The notes under the pieces are model-generated. The model was not told where the DNA came from and searched no databases. It saw only the letters and a list, made by a program, of their open reading frames with translations. The position numbers were made by a program, and so were the translations under genes. This document shows, in pieces, positions 1 through 9,148 of a stretch of 64,000 bases of DNA. Every line of letters begins with the position of its first letter. Positions within the stretch are counted from its first letter, which is position 1. The DNA is taken from the NCBI GenBank assembly GCA_038251965.1, contig JBBSAV010000003.1, positions 2,062 through 66,061 of the forward strand, in the 5' to 3' direction. This DNA comes from Candidatus Limnocylindrales bacterium. Its GTDB lineage: Bacteria > Chloroflexota > Limnocylindria > Limnocylindrales > CSP1-4.

Positions 1-78
1 GGCTCACCCATGGGGCGGGTCATCCGACCGAGCATCACCCACTGTGAACCGCCCTGACTTCGATGGAGACTCCAGCAG

Positions 79-447
79 TTGGAGGAACATGGAGTCATGG
101 CAGACACGAACACGACCAGTGCCGGGCGAGCGAGCCCGCGGCAGTATCCACCCGAGCTGAAGCAACGGGCCACCCGCATGGTCCTCGAATCATTCGACCG
201 CGGCGAGCAGCGCCAGGGTCTCATCACCCGCATCGCCCGCCAGCTCGACATCGGTCCCGAGCCCCTGCGCCGCTGGGTCGTCCAGGCCGAGATCGACCGG
301 GGTCAGCGCGCCGGCACCACCAGCACCGATGCCCTCCGCATCACCGAGCTGGAACGGGAGAACCGGGAACTGCGCCGGGCCAACGAGATCCTGAAGTCGG
401 CCTCGGCTTTCTTCGCGGCGGAGCTCGACCGCCCCTCGAGACGATGA
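79..447 (+). CDS. IS3-family transposase OrfA (HTH plus coiled-coil region)
   Basis: 122 aa. YPPELKQRATRMVLE and LRITELERENRELRRANEILKSASAFFAAELD are typical of IS3 OrfA. Its stop overlaps the orfB ATG (ATGA at 444-447). Confidence 0.85.
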   Translation: MEEHGVMADTNTTSAGRASPRQYPPELKQRATRMVLESFDRGEQRQGLITRIARQLDIGPEPLRRWVVQAEIDRGQRAGTTSTDALRITELERENRELRRANEILKSASAFFAAELDRPSRR

Positions 448-1334
448 CGACGTACATCGACGAGTATCGCGACACCTTCGGGGTCGAGCCGATCTGCCAG
501 ACGCTGGCGATCGCCCCATCCAGCTACTACGCGGCCAAGTCCCGACCACCCTCGAAGCGATCGCTGGAGGACGCGAAGCTCAAGCCCAAGATCAGCCGGG
601 TGCACCAGGACAACTTCGCGGTCTACGGCGTCCGCAAGGTCTGGCGCCAGCTCGGTCGGGAGGATGTCGACATCGGTCGTGACCGGGTCTCCCGCCTCAT
701 GGCCGAACTCGGCCTGTGTGGCGCCACGAGGACGAAGAAGGTCCGCACCACGATCCCGGCCCCGGCGGGTGAGCGGCCCGCCGATCTCGTGAAGCGGGCC
801 TTCACGGCCCAGGCCCCCGACCAGCTCTGGGTGGCCGATCTCACGTATGTCTGGACCCCGTCGGGCTTCTGCTACACCGCCTTCGTCATCGATGTCTTCA
901 GCCGCCGCATCGTGGGCTGGCGGGTGTCCTCCTCGATGCGGACCGACCTCGCGCTCGATGCCCTCGAGATGGCCATCTTCATCCGGGGTGGCCACGACCT
1001 CGGTGGGCTCATCCACCATTCGGACCGGGGCGTCCAGTACCTCGCCATCCGCTATACGGAGCGCCTGGAGGCCGCAGGGGCCGTCGGGTCGGTGGGATCG
1101 AAGGGTGATTCGTACGACAACGCCCTCGCGGAGACGGTGAACGGCCTCTACAAGGCCGAGCTCATCCGGCGCCGCGGTCCCTGGCGCAGCGTCGAGCAGG
1201 TCGAACTCGAGACGGCCGCCTGGGTCCACTGGTGGAATACCGACCGGCTCCACGGTGCCTGTGGGGACATCCCACCGGCCGAGTTCGAGGCCGCATACTG
1301 GGCCGCTCAGCAGGAAGCCACGCTGGCCGCCTGA
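444..1334 (+). CDS. IS3-family transposase OrfB (rve/DDE integrase domain)
   Basis: DDE triad context: LWVADLTYV, HHSDRGVQY, DNALAETVNGLYKAE. It lies in the -1 frame relative to orfA, so it may also be made as an OrfAB fusion. Confidence 0.85.
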   Translation: MTTYIDEYRDTFGVEPICQTLAIAPSSYYAAKSRPPSKRSLEDAKLKPKISRVHQDNFAVYGVRKVWRQLGREDVDIGRDRVSRLMAELGLCGATRTKKVRTTIPAPAGERPADLVKRAFTAQAPDQLWVADLTYVWTPSGFCYTAFVIDVFSRRIVGWRVSSSMRTDLALDALEMAIFIRGGHDLGGLIHHSDRGVQYLAIRYTERLEAAGAVGSVGSKGDSYDNALAETVNGLYKAELIRRRGPWRSVEQVELETAAWVHWWNTDRLHGACGDIPPAEFEAAYWAAQQEATLAA

Positions 1335-1491
1335 AACCTATCATCGGAGTCTCCACGAGACCCAGTACGGTTCAATTGCGTGGCACTCACGTAAGTGACG
1401 TCCTGCCCACATCACTCGTCGTTCTGTTGCTTCGTGCGCAAACCACAGGCACGCCGGTCAGGGACACGGACTCTCACGCAAACCTCCGACG

Positions 1492-1559
1492 CGCTCCGTG
1501 CCGCACTCGTCGGGCATGTGCGTGGTGGACAAACGCCGCGGGGAGTGCGGCACGGAGCG
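1492..1559. repeat. Perfect 17-bp inverted repeat with a 34-nt spacer
   Basis: cgctccgtgccgcactc (1492-1508) and gagtgcggcacggagcg (1543-1559) are exact reverse complements, in the non-coding stretch between the IS and the TetR gene. Confidence 0.8.
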
Positions 1560-1714
1560 GTCCTGTCCCCTACGGTGCGGGTGGCGCCCTCGGCCTGCGG
1601 AGCCCGAGGCGCGGATCAAGCGCACCCTGGTGCCAAGGTTTCACCTGCGACCCGCCCCATGGGTGAGTGAGCGGAGCCGGGGACCACTGCGGCCCACCGA
1701 GCCGTCGTTCCATG

Positions 1715-1928
1715 CACCCGGTGGGTGAGACAGTGGCTGACACCATCGTTTCACCCGCCCGGTGGGTGAGACAGCAGCGCGATGGGTGAGGCTCCGCCGG
1801 ATGACCCGCCCGGTGGGTGAGACAGCAGCGCGATGGGTGCGGCGCTGTCGGATGACCCGCCCGGTGGGTGAGACAGCAGCGCGATGGGTGCGGCGCTGTC
1901 GGATGACCCGCCCGGTGGGTGAGACAGC
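1715..1928. repeat. Tandem repeat array (51-bp period) reiterating the 5' end of the TetR gene
   Basis: Units 1750-1800 (diverged), 1801-1851 and 1852-1902 (identical), plus a 26-nt partial unit at 1903-1928 that runs into the TetR coding sequence. A degenerate core, cacccggtgggtgagacag, sits at 1715-1733. Confidence 0.9.
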
Positions 1929-2487
1929 GGAGCTATTCGCCAGCCACGGCTATGTGGGTACGACCACAAGCGCGCTCGCAAGCGCGGCCGGGGTCAACGA
2001 GGTCACCCTCTTCCGCCACTTCGGCAGCAAGGAGGGCGTGCTGCGGGCCTTGCGGGACATCTCGGCCGCCGGCCGCAGCGAGTTCCCGCCGGCCGGCACG
2101 GTCGTACCGGATGACCTGAGAGCAACCCTCCACGGCCTCGCTCTCATCGAGATCCGTGATGGCATCGCCAGCGGCGGTCTGGCGATACGTCTCGCCTTCG
2201 AAGGGCGATCGGTGCCGGAGGTCGCGGCGGTGATGACTGAGGCATTGCCCTCCAACGTAGAGCGTCTGCGAGCATTCCTCCAGCCGTACCAGGACTCGGG
2301 CGCACTGCGCGCGGACATCCGGCTCGAGCTGGTGGCGGAAGTGTTCTTCGGACTGACGTCGTCGCTCGTCGTGTATCGCCTTGCGACACGACAGGCGCTA
2401 CCGGAGGGTGACCAGATCAAGCAGCTCGCCGACGAGGTGATGGAGCTGTTCTGGCGAGGGGCGGGGCCAGTCGTCGCTGCCCATTGA
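1903..2487 (+). CDS. TetR/AcrR-family transcriptional regulator
   Basis: N-terminal HTH ETAELFASHGYVGTTTSALASAAGVNEVTLFRHFGSKEGVL. I placed the start at the ATG of the last repeat unit. In-frame ATG/GTG starts further upstream (1852, 1801, 1762) would add 17-aa repeat units. Confidence 0.8.
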   Translation: MTRPVGETAELFASHGYVGTTTSALASAAGVNEVTLFRHFGSKEGVLRALRDISAAGRSEFPPAGTVVPDDLRATLHGLALIEIRDGIASGGLAIRLAFEGRSVPEVAAVMTEALPSNVERLRAFLQPYQDSGALRADIRLELVAEVFFGLTSSLVVYRLATRQALPEGDQIKQLADEVMELFWRGAGPVVAAH

Positions 2488-2540
2488 CCACATGTGCGAT
2501 CGGGCCGCGGCCACATGCCGCCGGCCGGGAGGAAGGACCG

Positions 2541-3443
2541 ATGAAACGACAAGCGACCACATGGCAGTGGCTCGGAGCGGGCAGTATCGCGCTCGGACTG
2601 GCCCTGGCGCTCAACACGCTGTTGGGGCCCCTGCTGATCCATGCCTTCGAGTACCCCTTCACTGAGACCGTGCTCAGTGAGACGCTCGGGCTGGAGCTCG
2701 TCTCACTCTTCCTGATCGCTCCGCTGGCATGCCTGGCAGGCGTCCTGACCCTGCAAGGCCACGTAGCCGGTCCCCTGCTGGTCCTTGGGCCGGCCGGCTA
2801 CGCCGCGTACATGCTGGCGCAATACATCGTCGGCCCCCAGTACGTGACCTACCAACCCGCGGTCATCTTCCACCTTGCCGGATTCGTCCTCAGCGGCGCA
2901 CTGCTCATCGGCGCCTGGAGGCTTGTCGATGCCGACCGACTGCAGCCACGCTCGCGTGGCTGGGCAGTCGTGGCCGTGCTGCTGACGATGTTCGTCGTCT
3001 CGCGCTGGGCGAGATCGTTCAGTGGCGCGATCGATCAGAGCGCAGTACCCGCCGCTGCGAGCGACGTCTCGATGATGTGGTCGATCTACCTGCTGGACCT
3101 GGGCATCATCGTGCCGCTCACCCTTGCCACGGCAGTCGGGCTGCTAGCGTGCCGGACGTGGGCCACCAAGGCGCTCTACGGTGTGCTCGGCTGGTTCGCC
3201 TTGGTGCCACCCTCGGTGACGGCGATGGCGCTGGTCAAGATCGCCCGCGATGACCCCGCTGCCAACACCGGCGACACCGTGGTGCTGGTCGTGGCCACCC
3301 TGGTCTTCGCCATCCTGGCGGTCGCGCTGTTCGCCCCGCTGTTCCGCCAGCCCATGGGCCCACGAAACCAGACCGCCGGCCAACGAGAAAGGCCCGGGCC
3401 CAAGTCGGCACCGGGCCATTCCCGAAACTGGAGGTCTGCGTGA
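2541..3443 (+). CDS. Polytopic integral membrane protein of unknown function
   Basis: ATG at 2541 preceded by gggaggaagg. Multiple hydrophobic segments (e.g. LGAGSIALGLALALNTLLGPLLI, LVSLFLIAPLACLAGVLTL). Sits directly downstream of the TetR gene. Confidence 0.6.
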   Translation: MKRQATTWQWLGAGSIALGLALALNTLLGPLLIHAFEYPFTETVLSETLGLELVSLFLIAPLACLAGVLTLQGHVAGPLLVLGPAGYAAYMLAQYIVGPQYVTYQPAVIFHLAGFVLSGALLIGAWRLVDADRLQPRSRGWAVVAVLLTMFVVSRWARSFSGAIDQSAVPAAASDVSMMWSIYLLDLGIIVPLTLATAVGLLACRTWATKALYGVLGWFALVPPSVTAMALVKIARDDPAANTGDTVVLVVATLVFAILAVALFAPLFRQPMGPRNQTAGQRERPGPKSAPGHSRNWRSA

Positions 3444-3470
3444 TGGGATGGAGCGTCAGGCGGTGAGCGG

Positions 3471-4661
3471 CTACGGCTGCTCGTACTTGGCGCGCAGCGT
3501 GTCTGCCTTGGGTGCCTTGGCGTTGTTGTGCCATGCCTCCATGAGCAGCGGGGTTTGACCACTCATCTTGAGCAGCACACCCACGCGGGCGCCGTTGTGA
3601 CCGAACGCGCTGGTGTCCCAGGTGGCGCCGCCATCCCTCGACTCGACCCGCTGCGGAGTAGCCCCACTCTTCTTGTTGGCACTGGCCTCGAAGACGATGC
3701 GGTCGCCGACCACATCCGCGGAGTAGGCCCGCGACGGGTGGCGAAGAGAGCCGGCACCAACCAGCTTCTTGCCCGTGTCGAACGTGACCCCCAGATCGGA
3801 GCTGAACTTGGCCCTGACCTTGCCAGCGTCGCTGAAGGCCACCGCGACCTGGTTGCCACGAGCCGCCATCTGCGGACCCTTGATGTCACTCTGGGCGACC
3901 AGGTTGGATGGACCGGGCTTGATGAGCGATGGATCATCGGCGTCGATGGCATAACGCTTGACTCGCAGATCACCATCGCGGACGTAGGCCACCAGGGCTG
4001 CCTCGGGCGTAGCGGCGACAGCGAGGCCGCCCTTGTAGTCGGCTGCCCCGAGCTTGTACTTCTTCTGGATGGCCGTGACCTTTCCGAGCGGCTCCATGCT
4101 GCGCAGGACGAGCCGCGCACGATACTTGCCGGCCTTCTTCTCCAGCCAACCGATGGCCAGCAGGTCCTTGCCAGCACAGGCGACCGAGACATCCCGAACG
4201 GAACGGCCATCGGACGGGGTGAGGAAGGCCTGCGCCGCGCCACCGCCGACGGTGCGACTGGTCATGAACACGCGGGAACCACCACCAGACGGCTCCCGAT
4301 AGGTGGAGCCGGCCCAGACGCGTCCGCCGCAAACGGCGAGCGACACGCCGAGCTTGGGATCGCCCACCACCCGGTACTGGCGGAGCTTGCCATTGGTGCG
4401 GCGATAGTCCCGGCCTCCGTTGAGGCTGAAAGCCAGGTACAGCTGGCCCGGGTCACTGGATTCATGCCAGCCGACGGCCACCACCGCACCGGCACGAGTA
4501 CCGCCGTTGGCGGCGATGTCCTTGACGCGCAACAGACCTGCCTGACGTAAGGGACGGGGCATCGCTTCCTTGTACGACGCAGCCATCATGGGTGCAGCAG
4601 CGGTCATCACCAGCGTCAGGGCTGAGGCGATGGCCAGCAGGAGTCTTCGCTTGACGACCAT
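3471..4661 (-). CDS. Secreted BNR/Asp-box repeat (sialidase-like beta-propeller) protein
   Basis: Signal peptide MVVKRRLLLAIASALTLVMTAAAPMMAAS. Asp-box motifs SRDGGATWDT, SSDLGVTFDT, SLNGGRDYRRT. Confidence 0.6.
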   Translation of the reverse strand: MVVKRRLLLAIASALTLVMTAAAPMMAASYKEAMPRPLRQAGLLRVKDIAANGGTRAGAVVAVGWHESSDPGQLYLAFSLNGGRDYRRTNGKLRQYRVVGDPKLGVSLAVCGGRVWAGSTYREPSGGGSRVFMTSRTVGGGAAQAFLTPSDGRSVRDVSVACAGKDLLAIGWLEKKAGKYRARLVLRSMEPLGKVTAIQKKYKLGAADYKGGLAVAATPEAALVAYVRDGDLRVKRYAIDADDPSLIKPGPSNLVAQSDIKGPQMAARGNQVAVAFSDAGKVRAKFSSDLGVTFDTGKKLVGAGSLRHPSRAYSADVVGDRIVFEASANKKSGATPQRVESRDGGATWDTSAFGHNGARVGVLLKMSGQTPLLMEAWHNNAKAPKADTLRAKYEQP

Positions 4662-4806
4662 GGCGTTTCCCTCCTACAGGGCTCGATCTTTGGTTCTCAT
4701 CCCTCTCGAGTTGCAGACTACAACGAGCCTGCATAGCGTGCTGACGAGCCCCTGCCATGCACCCGCGAGCCATGGGCTCAAGTCTCATGCGCGACCCCGG
4801 CACAGT

Positions 4807-5340
4807 TCAGTCCCGGCCGGCCCCACGACGCAGGCCGCCCCGTTGCGTCACCGCGTGGTGAGCCAGAGCCGCCACCCCCATGGCCACCAGCGCTCGCTCG
4901 GACATGGGCATGGGACGGACCACGGCAAGGAACTGGTCGGCGCGGGCGCGGTCGACCGCCGCGAGAAGGGCCTGACCTTCAGCTGTCAGGGCCAGCACTC
5001 GCTGTCGCCGGTCCGCGACTTCCTCTCGCCGCTCCAGGTAGCCTCCCGTGACGAGCTCAGCCACCAGCCGGCTCGTGGCCGATGGCGATCGGTTCAGCTG
5101 CTCGGCCAGATCACCGACGGTCAGGGTGACCGGTCCAGCCACCGCGTACAACGCCGCCAGCTGCGTGAAGCCGATGTCAAGCGATCCCAGCTGGTGCGCG
5201 AAGCCGATGACGAGCTCACGCCACAACGCGCGCCCCACGGCGATTCGGTCGGAGAGCATCCGGGGGTTCTGCAGCTCGTCGCGCGCGGCCTGGACTACCG
5301 GTGAGAGGAGGTCATCATCCACGCGTGCATGATTGCACAT
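4807..5340 (-). CDS. MarR-family transcriptional regulator
   Basis: wHTH LTVGDLAEQLNRSPSATSRLVAELVTGGYLERREEVADRRQRVLALTAEG. Divergent from fabD. An alternative start at 5259 is possible. Confidence 0.8.
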   Translation of the reverse strand: MCNHARVDDDLLSPVVQAARDELQNPRMLSDRIAVGRALWRELVIGFAHQLGSLDIGFTQLAALYAVAGPVTLTVGDLAEQLNRSPSATSRLVAELVTGGYLERREEVADRRQRVLALTAEGQALLAAVDRARADQFLAVVRPMPMSERALVAMGVAALAHHAVTQRGGLRRGAGRD

Positions 5341-5461
5341 GATTTGTTGGGCATGGGCTCATCTCCTGTTACGGTTCGAGGGATGCGCGATGGTGCGCGG
5401 ATCGCCCCGCGCCCAAGACGACGCCGGCGTTCAGTCGAGGATCACAAGGGAGCATCTACTG

Positions 5462-6403
5462 GTGCCTGCCTACATCTACCCGGGACAGGGTTCGCAATCG
5501 GTCGGCATGGGCAAGGTGCTCGCCAGTGCCTCACCACACGCAGCAGCCGTCTGGCAGCGGGCCGACGATGCCCTTGGCGAGCCCATCTCGCGACTGGCCT
5601 GGGAGGGCCCCGCCGAGCGACTGGACCTGACCGTCAATGCCCAGCCGGCACTGCTGGCCGCGTCCATCGCAGCCCAGCGCGCTCTGGAGGCGACACTCGG
5701 CTCAGGACCTTCCCCGTTCGGGCCACCGGCCTACTTCGCGGGCCATTCGATGGGTCAGTACAGCGCCATGGTCGCCGCCGGCGTGCTCGACCTCGGCGAC
5801 GCCATCCGGCTGGTGCGTGAACGCGGGCGCTTGATGCAGACGTCATCGGCCGATGATGGCGCCATGGCGGCCATCATCGGCCTGCCCGACGAGCATATCG
5901 ACGAGTTGGTCGCGCTCGGTGCGGAGCACGGCATCATCACGGTGGCCAATCGCAACTCTCCCGGACAGATCGTCATCAGCGGGCAACGAGCCGCGGTTGA
6001 GGCCGCCGCTGCCGCCGCCAACGGCTTGGGCGCGCGTCGTGGCATGATGCTGCCGGTCAGCGTGGCCGCACACTCGGCGCTCATGGCCGAAGCCGCCGAC
6101 GGGATGCGCAAAGCCCTGGCGGAGATCACCTTCAAGACCCCCGCCGCGCCCCTGCTCGCGAATGCCGACGCCATCGCGCTCTCTGACGGTGATGCCTGTC
6201 GCGACGAGCTGGTGGATCACCTGACCCGGGGTGTCGACTGGGTCACGGCCGTCCAGACCATGGTTGCCGGGGGCACCGACATGTTCATCGAGGTCGGCCC
6301 CGGCAAGGTCCTCACCGGGCTGGTCAAGCGCATCGTCCCAGGCGCGACGACCGTCGCCATCGACGACATCACCACCGAGAGCGGCCTCCAGCTGCCCGCC
6401 TAG
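5462..6403 (+). CDS. fabD: Malonyl-CoA:ACP transacylase
   Basis: YIYPGQGSQSVGMG and active-site GHSMGQYSA. GTG at 5462 is preceded by aagggag (5446-5452). An upstream ATG at 5390 is also in frame. Confidence 0.9.
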   Translation: MPAYIYPGQGSQSVGMGKVLASASPHAAAVWQRADDALGEPISRLAWEGPAERLDLTVNAQPALLAASIAAQRALEATLGSGPSPFGPPAYFAGHSMGQYSAMVAAGVLDLGDAIRLVRERGRLMQTSSADDGAMAAIIGLPDEHIDELVALGAEHGIITVANRNSPGQIVISGQRAAVEAAAAAANGLGARRGMMLPVSVAAHSALMAEAADGMRKALAEITFKTPAAPLLANADAIALSDGDACRDELVDHLTRGVDWVTAVQTMVAGGTDMFIEVGPGKVLTGLVKRIVPGATTVAIDDITTESGLQLPA

Positions 6404-6432
6404 CATCCCGAACAGGAGAACACCCAGCAACC

Positions 6433-7698
6433 ATGCGCCGCCCCGATTACAACCGCCGTGTCGCCGTCACCGGGCTCGGCATCATCAGCCCTGTCGGCAA
6501 CGACATCGCGACCGCCTGGGGAAACCTCCTGGCCGGTAACTCCGGCCTGCAGCGGATCACGCGCTGGGATCCCGAGGTGACCGATTGCCACGCGGCCGGA
6601 GAGGTCAACGACTTCGATCCCACTGCCTGGATGAACTTCAAGGCCGTGCGGCGCACGGACAAGAACGTCGTCTTCGGCGTGGCGGCTGCCAGGCAGGCTA
6701 TGGCCGATTCCGGTTTCGAGATCACTGACGAGAACGCCTGCGACGTGGGCGTGATCTTCGGCTCCGGTGTGGGTGGGCCGCGCCTCATGCAGGATGCCAT
6801 CGAGACGTACGACAAGCGCGGCGGCAAGGCCGTCAGCCCCTTCTTCATCGCCAACATGCTGCCCGACACGGCATCCGGCCAGATCGCCATCGAGCTCGGA
6901 GCCAAGGGCCCCAACATGTGCATCGTGACAGCCTGCTCGACGGGCACGCACAACATCGGCGAGGCGGCTGAGGGCATCCGCCGTGGCGACTACATCGCCG
7001 CCATCTGTGGCTCTACTGAGACACCCCTGTACGAGGTCGCCTACGTCGGCTTCTCCAACATGCGTGGCATGGGAACCCCGCGCGAAGGCCGACCCTTGAG
7101 CGACATCTCGCGACCGTTCGACCGCAGCCGTGATGGTTTCGTGCTGGGCGAGGGTGCCGGCGCCATGATCGTCGAGGACCTTGAGCTCGCAAAGGCGCGT
7201 GGCGCCACCATCTACGCCGAGGTGGTGGGCTACGGCAACGCTGCCGACGCTTGGGATCTCATCCAGCCGGTGGACAAGGGAGACGGCGTGCGCCGAGCCA
7301 TGGAGATGGCCCTTGAGCGCCACGGCGTACCGCGTGACGAGATCGATATGATCAACCCGCACGGCACCTCCACGCCACTCGGTGACCTGCGTGAGGCACA
7401 GGCGATCCAGGCGGTCTTCCCAGATCGCTACAAGGAGGTCGGGGTCAGCGGCACCAAATCGATGACCGGCCACCTCATGGGCGCCGCCGGCGCGGTGGAG
7501 GCCGTCTTCACCACCCTTTCGGTGCACCACCAAGTGGTCCCCGCGACGCAGAACTACCTGGAGCCCGATCCCGAGATCGACATCAACGTCATCAGCGGTG
7601 ATCCGCGCGAGCAGGAGATCCGCTACGCCATGAGCGACAACATCGGCCTTGGCGGCCACAACGGCGCCATCATCTTCAAGCGCTACCTCGGCGACTGA
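6433..7698 (+). CDS. fabF: Beta-ketoacyl-ACP synthase II (KAS, copy 1)
   Basis: RRVAVTGLGIISPVGN. Cys-His-His triad contexts: VTACSTGTH, NPHGTSTPLGD, KSMTGHLMGAAG. Confidence 0.9.
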   Translation: MRRPDYNRRVAVTGLGIISPVGNDIATAWGNLLAGNSGLQRITRWDPEVTDCHAAGEVNDFDPTAWMNFKAVRRTDKNVVFGVAAARQAMADSGFEITDENACDVGVIFGSGVGGPRLMQDAIETYDKRGGKAVSPFFIANMLPDTASGQIAIELGAKGPNMCIVTACSTGTHNIGEAAEGIRRGDYIAAICGSTETPLYEVAYVGFSNMRGMGTPREGRPLSDISRPFDRSRDGFVLGEGAGAMIVEDLELAKARGATIYAEVVGYGNAADAWDLIQPVDKGDGVRRAMEMALERHGVPRDEIDMINPHGTSTPLGDLREAQAIQAVFPDRYKEVGVSGTKSMTGHLMGAAGAVEAVFTTLSVHHQVVPATQNYLEPDPEIDINVISGDPREQEIRYAMSDNIGLGGHNGAIIFKRYLGD

Positions 7699-7785
7699 CG
7701 CCGGGGCCAAGGCGGTCTGCAAGAACGATCGCCGATCGCGTCGGCTAGGATCGGCGAGCAGCCCGCAGCAGGAGCCCACATCACC

Positions 7786-9054
7786 GTGCCCAACACCGAT
7801 CCATCACGTCGTGCCGTCATCACCGGCGTCGGCGCGGTCACGCCCATCGGCAATGACCACCAGACCTTCTGGGCCAACGCCCAGGCGGGGGTGAGCGGCG
7901 GCGGGCCCATCACGCAGTTCGACGCATCGGATCTCGATGTGCGCATCGCCGCTGAGGTCAAGGACTTCGATCCGGCCACCGGCATGAACCCCAAGATGGC
8001 GCGACGCATGAGTCGCTTCATCCACTTCGGCATGGCCGCCGGCAAGGAGGCGGTGACTGACTCGGGGCTGGACTTCTCCGACTGGACGCCTGAGCAGCGC
8101 GACCGTGTGGCGGTCGCGCTCAACACCTCCGGTGGTGGCCTCGAGCAGGTGATCATGGGGCATGACATCACCAACACCCGTGGCCCTCGCTTCGTCAGCC
8201 CCTTCGCCATCCCGGCGCTCTCGGGCTCCATGGCAGCCTGCCTGTTGTCGATCGAGTACGGCCTTACCGGCCCCGTCATCACGCAGGTCGCCGCCTGCGC
8301 ATCGAGCATCATCTGCTTCCTCGACGCTCTGCGCATGATCGAGCGTGGCGAGGTCGACGTGGTCATCGCCGGTGGTACCGAGGCGCCGCTGCTCAAGATG
8401 GGCTTCGCCGCTCTCTCCAACATGGGCGCGCTATCGAAGCGCAACGATGAGCCGGAGAAGGCCTCGCGACCGTTCGATCGAGACCGTGACGGCTTCCTCT
8501 TCGGCGAGGGCGCCGGCGTCATGGTCATCGAGACGGCCGAGCACGCCATGCGGCGCGGCGCCACCATCCACGCCGAGCTGCTGGGTGCCGCACTCACCGC
8601 GGATGCCTTCCACATCTCGGCGCCCGAACCCACCGGCCGGGGCGCCACGATGGCTATGCGGAAGGCACTGGCTGATGCCGAGGTGAACGTCGACGAGGTC
8701 GACTTCGTGGTTGCCCATGGCACCAGCACACCGCTCAATGACGTCACCGAGACCAGGGCCATCAAGGCGGCTCTCGGCGACCATGCCTACAAGGTCGCGA
8801 TCTCGTCACCCAAATCGATGGTTGGCCACCTGCTTGGTGGCGCCGGGGCGGTGGCCGCACTGGTCGGCATCGGCGCCATCCGCGACGGTGTCATCGCTCC
8901 GACCATCAATCTGGACCATCCCGACCTGCCCGAGTGCGACCTGGACTACGTGCCCAACGTGGCACGCCAGGCCAAGGTCGATACGGTCATGGTCAATGGC
9001 TTCGGCTTCGGCGGGCAGAACGCGGTGGCCGTCTTCCGCCGCTTCGAGGCGTAG
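7786..9054 (+). CDS. Beta-ketoacyl-ACP synthase II paralogue (KAS, copy 2; kasA/kasB-like tandem)
   Basis: RRAVITGVGAVTPIGN. QVAACASSI, VAHGTSTPLND, KSMVGHLLGGAG. The catalytic Cys is retained, so this is not a chain-length-factor type. Confidence 0.9.
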   Translation: MPNTDPSRRAVITGVGAVTPIGNDHQTFWANAQAGVSGGGPITQFDASDLDVRIAAEVKDFDPATGMNPKMARRMSRFIHFGMAAGKEAVTDSGLDFSDWTPEQRDRVAVALNTSGGGLEQVIMGHDITNTRGPRFVSPFAIPALSGSMAACLLSIEYGLTGPVITQVAACASSIICFLDALRMIERGEVDVVIAGGTEAPLLKMGFAALSNMGALSKRNDEPEKASRPFDRDRDGFLFGEGAGVMVIETAEHAMRRGATIHAELLGAALTADAFHISAPEPTGRGATMAMRKALADAEVNVDEVDFVVAHGTSTPLNDVTETRAIKAALGDHAYKVAISSPKSMVGHLLGGAGAVAALVGIGAIRDGVIAPTINLDHPDLPECDLDYVPNVARQAKVDTVMVNGFGFGGQNAVAVFRRFEA

Positions 9055-9148
9055 TCGAACGACCATCGGGCGACGTGAGCGCCGGGTCGATGTGCTTCTG
9101 CGTCTCCGGAAGTCGTCAGCCGGTGTCGCTCGGTCCCGACGAGAGCCG

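Larger units (their letters stand above)
45..1374 (+). mobile_element. IS3-family insertion sequence (1330 bp): two overlapping transposase frames and imperfect terminal inverted repeats
   Basis: Left end 45-73 tgaaccgccctgacttcgatggagactcc vs reverse complement of 1346-1374 tgaaccgtactgggtctcgtggagactcc (21/29 identical, TG...CA termini). orfA is followed by a DDE orfB in the -1 frame. Confidence 0.85.

Noticed and set aside
400-447. Search for a canonical IS3 A6G-type slippery heptamer at the orfA/orfB junction
   Set aside because: None seen; only GCTTTCTTC and an ATGA stop/start overlap. I therefore do not assert a specific frameshift site.
63-1334. Single 423-aa ORF spanning the whole IS
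   Set aside because: Its first ~125 residues are Pro/Arg/His-rich out-of-frame read-through of the orfA region. The recognisable proteins are orfA (79-447) and orfB (444-1334) in the IS3 two-frame arrangement.
1715-1928. Tandem repeats considered as a CRISPR array
   Set aside because: The units are contiguous 51-bp copies with no unique spacers between them, and no cas genes are nearby. It is a tandem duplication overlapping a gene start.
6400-7779. 459-aa ORF antisense to the first KAS gene
   Set aside because: Shadow ORF typical of high-GC DNA. The translation is Gly/Asp/His/Arg-rich with no motif, while the opposite strand encodes a full KAS II with its catalytic triad.
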